The translations under genes were made by a program, and so were the position numbers. Source: Octopus vulgaris (lineage: Eukaryota). Taken from it: a DNA stretch of 64,000 nt. Below the pieces are notes generated by a model. The model had not been told where the DNA came from. It ran no database searches and worked only from the letters and a program-made list of their open reading frames with translations. Of this stretch, positions 54,203-64,000 are shown piece after piece. Positions within the stretch are counted from its first letter, which is position 1, and each line of letters starts with the position of its first letter. The DNA is taken from NCBI GenBank assembly GCA_951406725.2, contig OX597816.1:74648001-74712000 (forward strand), given 5' to 3'.

Positions 54203-54431
54203 CCCTTTTAAAGCCTAGCCAGGCTCATGGGCCCGGTTTCCCGGTTTCAATGGCATATGGGATCCCCAGCCGAATGGGACGCCAGTCCATTGCAGCGTTA
54301 CTCATTTTTGCCAGCAACGTGAAATGAAGTGTTTTGCTCAAGAACACAATGCGTCGCCCGGTCCAGGAATCGAAACCACAATCTTACGATCATGATGCTG
54401 ACACCCTAACCACTAAGCCACGCGCCTCCAC
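54203..54431 (-). mobile_element. SINE with C-type 3' tail and a different tRNA head
   Basis: Tail agcctagccaggctcatgggcccgg; head tggaggcgcgtggcttagtggttaggg on minus strand. Confidence 0.75.
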
Positions 54432-54600
54432 TATTCACGGGTGGTATACCTTTTCTAAAAGCTTGCTTGGTTAATGCTGACCTGAAGCTAAACAAGACTC
54501 TGGTCCGACTATCCAAATTATTCTGGCAATCTGCTCCCTTCCCCTCACATATATCTATTAATATTGAATTAATTTTCTTTCTTTTATTTTTCTTATTCTA

Positions 54601-54755
54601 AGGTGGCGAACTGGCAGAATCGTTAACAACCGTTAGTAATTCTTAGAGGCATTCCATCCGTCTTTACGTTCTGAGTTCAAATTCCGCCGGAGTCGACTTT
54701 GCCCTTCATCCTTTGGGGGCAACAGTTAAGCACAGGAATCGATGTAATCGACTTA
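54601..54755 (+). mobile_element. SINE family B
   Basis: ggtggcgaactggcagaatcg..gagttcaaattccgcc. Confidence 0.75.
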
Positions 54756-54791
54756 CTTCGTTAAAATAAATAAATATATATATATATATAA

Positions 54792-54859
<68 letters not shown>

Positions 54860-54867
<8 letters not shown>

Positions 54868-55568
54868 AAAATAAATATAAGAGAATGGTCACTGTGGCTC
54901 ATTCTAGCACTAGAAAATCCAAAAGGTTTCAACCACAAAAATACATGTTTCCTATGAAAGTCAGTACGATTGTTAGCTCACACGAACAGGGCAAATAAAA
55001 AATAACAAAAATACAGTGACGCATATTTGCCATTTGAATATGGCTAACCCCTAAGGGTGGATGCTACTGTAGTTTGTAGCCCCAGGAAGATACCTCCTCC
55101 AGCTGGCTATAGACACACTTTCTGTGCCCTATCAGTATTTGTGAAGGGAAGTCATCCTTCCTGTCTTCAACTTATGATACACACGGATTCGAGTTTCAAG
55201 GTATTTACCTATCATCGGCGTGTGACAATCATAGTTATCGACGAGAATTCAGTTTCCCTCACAAACACATATACTTTTTCCAGTGTCGATTGACACTGAT
55301 ATTGAAAAATTGAAATCAATGATAAATCTCAGAGCGAATTATAAACAGTAGCGGTAACACATCGTGACGCATATTTGCCATTTGAATATGGCTAACCCCT
55401 AAGGGTGGATGCTACTGTAGTTTGTAGCTACTGTAGTTTGTGGCAAATATGCGTCCTGGGGCTACAAACTACAGTAGCATCCACCCTTAGGGGTTAGCCA
55501 TATTTAAATGGCAAATATGCGTCACGATGTGTTACCGCTACTGTTTATAACTCGCTCTGAGATTTATC

Positions 55569-55571
<3 letters not shown>
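54860..55571. mobile_element. Penelope-like pLTR/retrozyme-like element with direct and inverted repeats between (TA)n
   Basis: Direct repeat 55016/55364 (348-nt period); inverted arms 55318-55428 and 55460-55571; internal hammerhead motif. Confidence 0.7.
55180..55224 (-). ncRNA. Minimal hammerhead motif (CCGATGA core)
   Basis: Minus strand: cacacg-CCGATGA-t-agg taaata cct-t-GAAA-CTCGAA-TC-cgtgtg. Confidence 0.65.
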
Positions 55572-55604
<33 letters not shown>

Positions 55605-55734
55605 CTCAGCAAAATTTAGATTCAGATGAATATGGTACTTAAGTTAAAGGCGCCAGAATTTTGTATGGTATTATCCATATAAATCAAATGGGGTGATTAT
55701 AATCAAAATAAGCAACAAGGATATCCAAGGTAAC

Positions 55735-55819
55735 GTAGTACAATTGTTTCATGCTACTTCATTTTATTAAACACTGTAAGTATTACATCAGTTTTAAAAT
55801 GTCGAGCAATCTTCAGCCA
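55735..55819 (-). ncRNA. Mirror-copy hammerhead motif on the opposite strand
   Basis: Inverted arm of the same palindrome retains CTGAAGA..GAAACAATTGTA. Confidence 0.6.
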
Positions 55820-55829
55820 ATCTTCTATA

Positions 55830-55917
55830 TGTGGCTGAAGATTGCTCGACATTTTAAAACTGATGCAATACTTACAGTATTTAATAAAATGAAGTAGCAT
55901 GAAACAATTGTACTACG
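55830..55917 (+). ncRNA. Type-I hammerhead motif (CTGAAGA core)
   Basis: tgtgg-CTGAAGA-t-tgct...agca-t-GAAA-C-AATT-GT-A-ctacg. Confidence 0.7.
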
Positions 55918-55949
55918 CTACCTTGGATATCCTTGTTGCTTATTTTGAT

Positions 55950-56017
<68 letters not shown>

Positions 56018-56018
<1 letters not shown>

Positions 56019-56285
56019 CTTATTATAAAAGGCAGATTTTATCTGCCTGCCTTTGGGAGTTATACAAATCTACAATATAGGATTTCTTCAATTACAATTT
56101 ACCTACCATTTTTGAGAGTACAATGCATCGCGTCATGCCAGGTCCAGTTTTTAAAATTTAAACTCCAATTAAGCAAAATTTACAGAAAACTCACATTCTG
56201 GTGTGTGTCAAATGCTTTTCTTAGTCTGGTTTACACCACACGCAAACGCACACACACAGTGGGCAACGAATAAAATGAAAGTAAT
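56018..56285 (+). mobile_element. Helitron-like 5' segment (second family)
   Basis: Matches 43975-44250 in reverse orientation. Confidence 0.65.
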
Positions 56286-56524
56286 TGACTTACTGTAGTG
56301 AGTGATTCTTTCACTCTGCCTCCCACTTCCTCTTTCCACACATAGACACGCAAATATATAAATAAAATTGTAAGCTAACGTGCGTGTGTGTGAGTGGGTG
56401 TGTGTGGGTGTGCGCGTGTGTGTGTGAGGGTGCGTGTGTGTGTGTTTGTGTGTTTGCGTGTGCGTGAGTGTGTGACAGGAAAGTTTTTTACGACGAATAT
56501 AACACCTATATCCAAGTAGCAGAA

Positions 56525-56890
56525 AGATAAGACAGTAAGGTGTGATTTGAGGGAGATTTGGCTGCTATTTCTACCATGTCTAGCTGCCATGTAGGGGTCT
56601 CCCTCATAGGCTCATACATACATATATACATAGATAAGACAGTAAGGTGTGATTTGGGGGAAATTTGGCTGCCAGGTCTAGCTGCCATGTAGGGTCTCCC
56701 TCATAGGCTCATACATACATATATACATAGATAAGACAGTAAGGTGTGATTTGGGGGAAATTTGGCTGCTATTTCTACCAGGTCTAGCTGCCATGTAGGG
56801 GTCTCCCTCATTGGCTCATATATATATACATACATAAGACAGTAAGGTGTGATTTGAGGGAGATTTGGCTGCTGTTTCTACCAGGTCTGT
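56525..56890. repeat. Tandem array of ~100-bp units (about 3.5 copies)
   Basis: ataagacagtaaggtgtgatttg..ctagctgccatgtaggg..ggctcata repeated near 56525, 56632, 56729, 56835. Confidence 0.9.
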
Positions 56891-57206
56891 TAGGCCTTCT
56901 CATGTAAACTCAAGCTTTCTCATGCCTTGAACATAAGACCAAAGCAGAGAATGTATTCTTTTATTCTTCTGCTTTTTCCAGCCATTGGTCTGTGGCCATG
57001 CTGGGGCAATGCCTTGAAGAATTGTAGTTTAATGAATCAACTCCACTTTTATTTTTGTAAGCATTGTACTTATTCTATCTGTTTCCTTTGTCAAACCACT
57101 AGGTGACAGGGATGTAAACAAACCAACATTCGTTGTCAAGCAGTGGTGGAGGACAATCACAAGCACAGACACGCACACACACACATACATGCATACACAT
57201 ATACAC

Positions 57207-57237
<31 letters not shown>

Positions 57238-57253
57238 TGTGTGTATATATATA

Positions 57254-57512
57254 TTGCAGCGTGGAAGGTGTTTGTAAGCCATTTAAGAAACACACAAAAA
57301 CCGTTACATTCACTTCAACATTTAAATTTAATTTGCCAAAATATTTTCGTCGCTTTGAGACCGCGACCTGTTCACTGACAAAAATATCGTGCTAACAGGT
57401 CGCGGTCTCAAAGCGATGAAAATATTTTGACAAATTAAATTTAAATGTTGAAGTGAATCTAAAGGTTTTTGTGTGTTTCTTAAATGGCTTATAAACACCT
57501 TCAACGCTGCAA
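57254..57512. repeat. ~119-bp-arm palindrome next to (TA)n
   Basis: 57254-57372 inverted at 57394-57512. Confidence 0.9.
57332..57382 (-). ncRNA. Hammerhead-like motif with swapped G3-C8 pair
   Basis: Minus strand: tttgtca-GTGAACA-G-gtcgc ggtctcaaa gcgac-GAAA-ATAT-T-T-tggcaaa. Confidence 0.6.
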
Positions 57513-57676
57513 CTGTTTTCGTTCCAGCACACGATCTCAGATCAAGTCACTTGCTATGCAAGTACATCTCTGTAACTATGTATATATTTATATATATATA
57601 TATATATGTATATTGGTAAAAACAGTAAGATAACAAAAGAAAGAAAGAGACCTCAATATTATGTAAATAGAGGAAA

Positions 57677-58070
57677 TCTTTATATATAAAAGTGAGGTTG
57701 TGTGTCTGTCTCCTACGATTTAGATTCCTAACTACTCCCACATTTTGCGGTGCAGTTTAACCAAAACCGGGTATCTTATAGTCGTGATTCATATCGAGAC
57801 CGTCTGGGTATTAGCGCGCGTCTACGATGAGTCTACGATTTAAAAAAAATTTACCATCAATTTTTCCCATTTTTAATCCATTTTTGACATATATAAGCGA
57901 AGTAACTCTCTAAAATTTATTATTAAATCTCAGAACGTAAAAAGCTACAGTAACACCCCTCCCCCTTTGTGGTTAGCCATATTGAGATGGCTATTATACT
58001 TTACATCTCTAAAAATGCTTATATAATTATTTCCCTTACAAACCCGAGCAACGCCGGGCGATACTGCTAG
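57677..58070 (+). mobile_element. Non-autonomous Helitron
   Basis: A|TC start, subterminal hairpin cccgagcaacgccggg, CTAG|T end. Confidence 0.88.
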
Positions 58071-58679
58071 TATATATATAAAATCCATCATGTAGATTCC
58101 AATTTACAGCAACTGTGGTTATGTTTACATTTATTTTTAAACACTCTTCGAGTTTTATCTTCTAAAATATCGTTTCCTTATTTAGAATGATGTGTTTCAA
58201 GCTTACTCTAAGTTTAAATGTTATTACTGAGTTGATTGCGGCATGTGCAGTAATGCAGAGCAGAAAGAAAAGAAAACAAGGCATACGCGCAAGACGAAAT
58301 ATTCGTAGAAGTCAAATGATGATGCAGGCTGCAGCAGAAAAACCTCCCATATTTTACATGTTTTTTCTTGTAGTGCTAGTAAAGTTAGGCAGGTGATAAT
58401 GGTATCTTCATGTAGCTAATGTTTCATTTTTTTTTATCGTAGTTATTGCTATGGTTTCTAGCAGCGCATATTATTATGTATTTGCTTTTGAGACTTTTAT
58501 CAGCATGTAAAATGTGAGGTCATTTTACTACACCCTGTATATATCGTAGATAGCTTGTTTTCTGGATGGTAAAAATACTGTGGATGGATATAAGCTAAAA
58601 TTGAAAATTTATCACATCCGGATCGAATTAGTAATTTACTTACCATTAAAATATGACGATTTCATTTTTTGAAGTTAAT

Positions 58680-60500
58680 AAGGAGAGACGGTAAACGCGC
58701 TGGTCCTTTAAATGCGTGTCTCTCATACTGGTTGCCGTTCAGTATGAACATCTGTTAGTCTAAGTTTACAGGGAAAATTTGAACAGAGAAAGAATTCCTA
58801 GGTGGGGGTTGCAGTTCTGGGGAGGAATGATTTTGTGAAGTTAATAACAGAAGACAAAATACGGTACGAGAGGCAGGATGAGGAGAAACGAGTAGATCAT
58901 GTAGATGAGGATAAATAAGGTATGCAAATAGTAATATTTTAGAACAGAGACCAATGTCGTAGCGACGGAGAGTTATAGAGAGAAAGTTCTTCGGCTCTGA
59001 AACAAGATTAAAGTGTGATAAGTGAATTATTGCTACCCCGTAGCATTCCTTTCATTTGACTGTGTAGTCGGGGACTGATGAGAGCCTAACAACAGCAACA
59101 GAGTGCAATAAATGTTAATAGTACTTTACTATGGTGCTTAAACTTTGTCTGTAACTGATAAATCCTAGTTCCTTTTCTTTCTTTGTTGTTGTTTATTTTG
59201 TGAGGGTAATCCAGTATTGGTGGAGGCACATGGCCTAGTGGTTAGAGCAGCGGACTCGCGGTCAAGGGATCGCGAGTTCGAATCTCAGACCGGGCGATGT
59301 GTGTGTTTACGAGCGAAACACCTAAGCTCCACGCGGCTCCGGTAGAAGGTAATGGTGAACTTCTGCTGACTCTTTCACCACAACTTTCTCTCACTCTTTC
59401 CTCCTGCATCTTGCAGCTCACCTGCGACGGACCGGTGTCACGTCCAGGTGGGGAACCTATACGCCAAACAAACTGGAAAACAAGCCCTTATGAGCCAGGC
59501 ATGGCTCGAGAAGGCACAAACAATCCAGTATTGACAATATTTTATAAATGTAGTAACAATGAGAGATCATCAAAGATTCCAAGCTTAAGCATTTGAGGCA
59601 ATCTTTGAAAGTTTTACAGTAATGTTGCTTTACTTGTTCTTGTGTAGTCAGAGTGAGATAAGAGGCAGTTGTGTATATGACTAGAGATTGCATATTTGCA
59701 CTTTTGGACGGCATTCTGTTGTCGTGCCTCCGTTAAATGTTGTTCTCCATATCATTCACAGTTTAGACCTTGGCTTGATGTGATTAGATTGTGTGTGAAG
59801 GACGCTTTTTGTTAAAGGCTGAGGAAGACTGGAGCATGAAATCCTTTATGTAGCACTGTGTACTATTAAAAGTGCCAGCAAATGGATCTGTTATGTAAGG
59901 AAGAATGAAAGACTAGTTGGTGCTGTGGAAATAGGAGAGATCTCCATCGACAATCAATGAAATGAAACTGAGTGATAAGTTCACGCTCCAAGATATGAGA
60001 TGAGCATCTATCATAGGCGGCTGGAAATTTAGCAAGGAGTTTCTCATGGCAGACATAATAGAAAGTCTTGCTATTGTCACGACAATATAACTTTCGCCAA
60101 AGTCTATATTAATTCTGACGAGTAATATAGAGCAAGTCTACTGTAGGTTTGGTTCAAAAGGAAGCCATACTGGTGGTCACTGCGGTGGGAAAGAGATTCG
60201 AGGTGACGACAATTGTTTCCTGATGACTGCTGAATGATAGATTAACAGTGTTGGTGGGTCAGAGAAGATGCCTTATAGTTGAATTGGGCACACTGAATTG
60301 TGTATTTAAAACTGGAATAGACTTGTAAAGATGGAGGGGAATTATATACAATTTAGCGAGTTAGGAACGTGTCATGTGAGGGTACTAGAAAGGGCACCGT
60401 TAAGACCGATGCTTTTCAGGTTGCGTATGCGTATAAACAGGGCATTTGGAGAAGGTGAGATTGGAAAGTGTTTTATTGAGAATGTTCAGTGTAAAGTTGG
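58680..60500 (-). mobile_element. Decayed CR1/L2-type LINE RT region interrupted by a SINE
   Basis: QYGF.., DNSKTFYYVCHEKLLAKFP (like DISKAFDRVWH..LL.KL), FTKSFLPRT near the 3' end. Confidence 0.65.
59221..59515 (+). mobile_element. SINE family C-related
   Basis: tggaggcacatggcctagtggttagagcagcggactcgcgg..gagttcgaatctc. Confidence 0.85.
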
Positions 60501-60761
60501 AGGCAAAGTGAGTAACAGATATGGAGATCCTTTCAGTAAGGATGCTACTAAGTCGTTACGGTTGAGTAGTTTTGCTAGAAGAATTCTGTCTTGTTGACGC
60601 AAAACAATGCAAATTGTATTCCAAGCATGATGATTTCGAATTTCTGTGGAGTAGCCTGAACTTTCTTCAAAAACATACTTCAAGAAGTACGTTATGCATT
60701 CAGACCACTGTGAAGAAACTGAAAAGAAATGATATGAATTTATAAAAAAGATATCACTTAC

Positions 60762-60896
60762 TTGCTGAACATCCTGTTAGATTAAGTCTTGGGATATAAC
60801 CCATTTTACAAATGCAGTGTCCCCAGGGTGAACACTTAGAATTTGTCATAGCACTGGAACAGTCGATGTATGAAGAACACAAGTCACCAAGCCTAC
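60762..60896 (-). CDS. Internal coding exon encoding one Cys-rich EB-module-like repeat (host gene)
   Basis: Pyrimidine-rich tract + tttcAG acceptor, GTAAGT donor, 135 nt phase 1-1, stop-free: RLGDLCSSYIDCSSAMTNSKCSPWGHCICKMGYIPRLNLTGCSA. Confidence 0.85.
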
Positions 60897-62337
60897 CTGA
60901 AATTTGATAAATAAAAGAAAAATCAGTTTGTGTGCGTATAACAACAATAAATGGCTAATATTTGCTTTTTTTCCATGCTATTGATAACTGCTTGTTTTCT
61001 GGAACCTCTGTCACGTGCACCCAATATAATTGGGTGATGAGTTGCTGCCCGGGTGAGTAATAAGGATTTTAAGATATGCACAACAATACACATTTTGGGA
61101 AAGAGAACAGTCGATAAACTGATGCCAGTATTTAAGTGGTACTTACTTTACCGAGTCCAGATTGAAGAAATGTAATGTCGATCTCGGCAGGATTTAAACT
61201 CAAAACTTAGAGGGACGAAACTAAATACAGCAAGGCACCTTAGTTCAGTGAGAAATCTCTATATAATAATTGCCGATAGAAACGATGGGTGATTGGTTGG
61301 CTGGTTGGTTCGTTGGTTCGTTGGTTTCTTCGCTCGCGTTTTACAGTGTAGCGAGAGAAGGGGAGGGAGTAAAAGAGTGGTACAGAGAGAGTTAACATAA
61401 TAGGTGCAAGGTGTGATCATACTTCGTTTAGTGGCAGACAATGTGTAAAGAACGGGATGTACAATGAGACATAAAGAATCATGGAGGAGGAGGAAGAGGG
61501 GGTGGAGGGGGAGGAGGAGAGAAGCGGGTGGGGAGGAGTAAATGACAGAATAATTAGAGACAGATAATCAGACAGAAATGAAAGCGCAACATTTCAGAAC
61601 AATATAATAAAGTAATAAAAAATATAGAAATAAAATTTATAAAACAAAATAGGGGAAATAAAAGAAGAGGAAGAAAGATTAGAGGCGAAGGGTATAGGTA
61701 GAGAAGTGACAGCGCGAATTATTGAAGAAATTAAAGCATATCACATTTAAAAAGTTATTTGAAAAACAATGAAAATTGTGTAATATGGACAGGAATCACC
61801 AACTGGGAAGGTATTTAAACGGTTCGAAGTGCAAAGCATAGTTTATATTCATCTCTCGAAAAATGTTTTATTGAGACGAATGAATATAAATAAAAATATG
61901 TTCGAACCAAATGTAAACAGGGAAATATGTTTGCATAAGTAAGTATAAATACTGTCACAGTAATATGTAAGTGTGCATGTATAAATATAGACAAGCACAA
62001 AATATTTCCTCCTTCTTCTAGGAAATCTGCATTTCTTATAAATTTTACCTCTAATATAATTATACTTAAAAATACGTCAATCCTCATAGGTTGAGCGGAT
62101 TTCGCCGGAGGAATTGGCATGGTTATGAAATTATGCTGAATTATGTAATATTGTGCTGCATACTGTGCATTGTTAAATAATAAATCATGCAATTGAATGC
62201 ATGTTGTAATGTTCTGAGCAATTTTTATTTCTTTAATTTTTTTATATATGTGTGTGTATGTGTAAGAGAGAGAGAAAGAGAGAGAGTGTGTGTGTACACA
62301 CACACCAACACACATATATATTCTTTTATTCTTTTTT

Positions 62338-62539
62338 CTTTTACTTGTTTCAGTCATTTCACTGCGGCCATCCTGGAGCACCGCCTTAACGGGTGTTAGA
62401 CAAACAAATCGACCAGAGGATTTATTCTTTGTAAGCCTAGTACTTATTTTATCGTTCTTTTTTGCTGAACTGCTAATTTACAGGTACATAAATACACCAG
62501 CATCGGTTGTCAAGCAGTGGCAGGGGGACGAACACAGAC

Positions 62540-62543
<4 letters not shown>
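62338..62543 (-). mobile_element. SINE family A, 3' half
   Basis: ttttacttgtttcagtcatt..caccagcatcggttgtcaagc. Confidence 0.8.
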
Positions 62544-62612
<69 letters not shown>

Positions 62613-63761
62613 TATATATATGCATGTGTATATACATAAATGTATGTATGTATGTACATCCAGAAATAAACCGACACCTCCATAATGCACAGGAGGAGGC
62701 TACAGAAAGGAAAATGTGTAACTAGGAAAAAACAAAAGGTGTGCCTTACGTCTATGTGAGAGGATGTTGGGGAGTAATAAGAGGAAAGGCAAAGACGAGA
62801 GAAAGACTGTGAGATATCAACAGGTTATACACCACACCCAATCATATACACAATCATATGCATCAGTCGGCAGATGCATTCAACGTGTACTCATATATAA
62901 GTGCGCACGCACGCACTCACGCACACCACACCCACCCACTCACATACGTACACACACACGCACATGTTAGTAACGGACTGAAAGAATGATTACTCAACAC
63001 AGGACAGGTGGATAGATTAGATAATTCTTTTTAATAGTGTTTTATTGCTTCTCCGGCACCATTGGTTTCTTGTAGGAAAATCTTCATTTATTCGACCTGA
63101 CTTTGAAACACGAATGCTACTCTTCTATTGAAAAAGATGAAAGTGTTATGCTAAATCACAGATAGCACATGATATCAATAATATAGAATAAGTTATGCAT
63201 CAATCTATAAAGAATTTATGGAATATATGATGAATATATAAAGGGAAGCAACATCCAAGCAACATCCAAGCAACATTCCTTTGTAATAAACTTGGAATAT
63301 GATAAATGCAGTAAAATGATGACTTGCATCAATGCCTTTAAATATGCATATGCACAATTACACATAATTATACATAAATAAGCGTGCGTATATTCATATA
63401 TAAATGTACATAACTATGCATATGTATGCATTAAGAATACACGCACATATATATACACATATTCATGTACAACATAAACGTACGCATGCACACATACATA
63501 ACCAGAAATATATGTATTATAGCTTTAACATTCGTTGCTGGATTGTTGCCATATGTGAGTTTACATGTGATGGAACTGTGCTCTATAAATGCTTCAAGGT
63601 TTGTTTATTTAGGGAATTCGGTGCCTCCCATTACAGTTATAAAAATATGCTACTGCATTTATCTTATACTAAGTTTATTACAAGGGAAGTAACCAATAAT
63701 ACTGACCCTGGATGATTGCTTCCCTTTATATATTCATTACATATTCCTTGTATATTTATGC

Positions 63762-63945
63762 GTGGAGGTTCAATGGCCCAGTGGTTAGGACTCGCGGTTT
63801 CGATTCCCAGACCGGGCGTTGCGAGTGTTTATCGAGCGAAAACACTTAAAGATCCACGAGGCTCCGGCAGGGGGTGTTAGTGAACCCTGCTGTACTCTTT
63901 CACCACAACTTTCTCTCACTCTTTCTTCCTGTTTCTGTTGTACAC
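63762..63945 (+). mobile_element. SINE family C with internal deletion
   Basis: gtggaggttcaatggcccagtggttagg..gtttcgattcccagacc. Confidence 0.8.
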
Positions 63946-64000
63946 ACTCTGTGTCATGCTGTCACACTCTGTGTCATGCTGAATCTCCCCAAGAACTACG

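Larger units (their letters stand above)
55698..55953. repeat. ~122-bp-arm palindrome between (TA)n arrays
   Basis: 55698-55819 is the near-perfect reverse complement of 55832-55953. Confidence 0.9.

Noticed and set aside
55108-55140. Second hammerhead-like string on the minus strand (CTGATAG..GAAA..GTC)
   Set aside because: Positions 8 and 9 wrong with no compensation, and helix II absent
59076-59100. CTGATGAG core
   Set aside because: No downstream helix II/GAAA; similar isolated cores at 32605 and 41467 also rejected
60486-60718. Next exon in frame with the EB-like exon
   Set aside because: Would need a ~43-nt intron and runs into decayed LINE sequence with no recognisable domain

Overview
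AT-rich eukaryotic DNA that is almost entirely non-coding and dominated by microsatellites ((TA)n, (TATG)n, (TAA)n, (GAA)n, (CA)n). The tRNA-derived SINE families and repeat landscape suggest an octopus/cephalopod genome (inference). Nearly all ORFs in the track are microsatellite or SINE translations. Supported features: at least three SINE families; decayed LINEs (RTE, CR1/L2, L1/Tx1, and R4/Dong-type RLE elements sitting in microsatellites); mariner and DD37D (maT) remnants; a TTAA-flanked piggyBac derivative; Helitron pieces; a MITE containing TTAGGG; and one convincing host exon (60762-60896, minus strand, Cys-rich EB-module-like, phase 1-1). The most notable signal is a set of short, mutually dissimilar, often palindromic inserts next to microsatellites that carry type-I hammerhead-ribozyme folds with palindromic minimal helix III, as in Penelope-like pLTRs and retrozymes. 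I count eight plausible motifs plus decayed ones. Four share a U4->C core change (CCGANGA), one has a compensatory G3-C8 swap (GUGAACA), and one palindrome encodes a hammerhead on each strand. All base pairings were read by eye; no folding or database search was run, and repeat boundaries are approximate.
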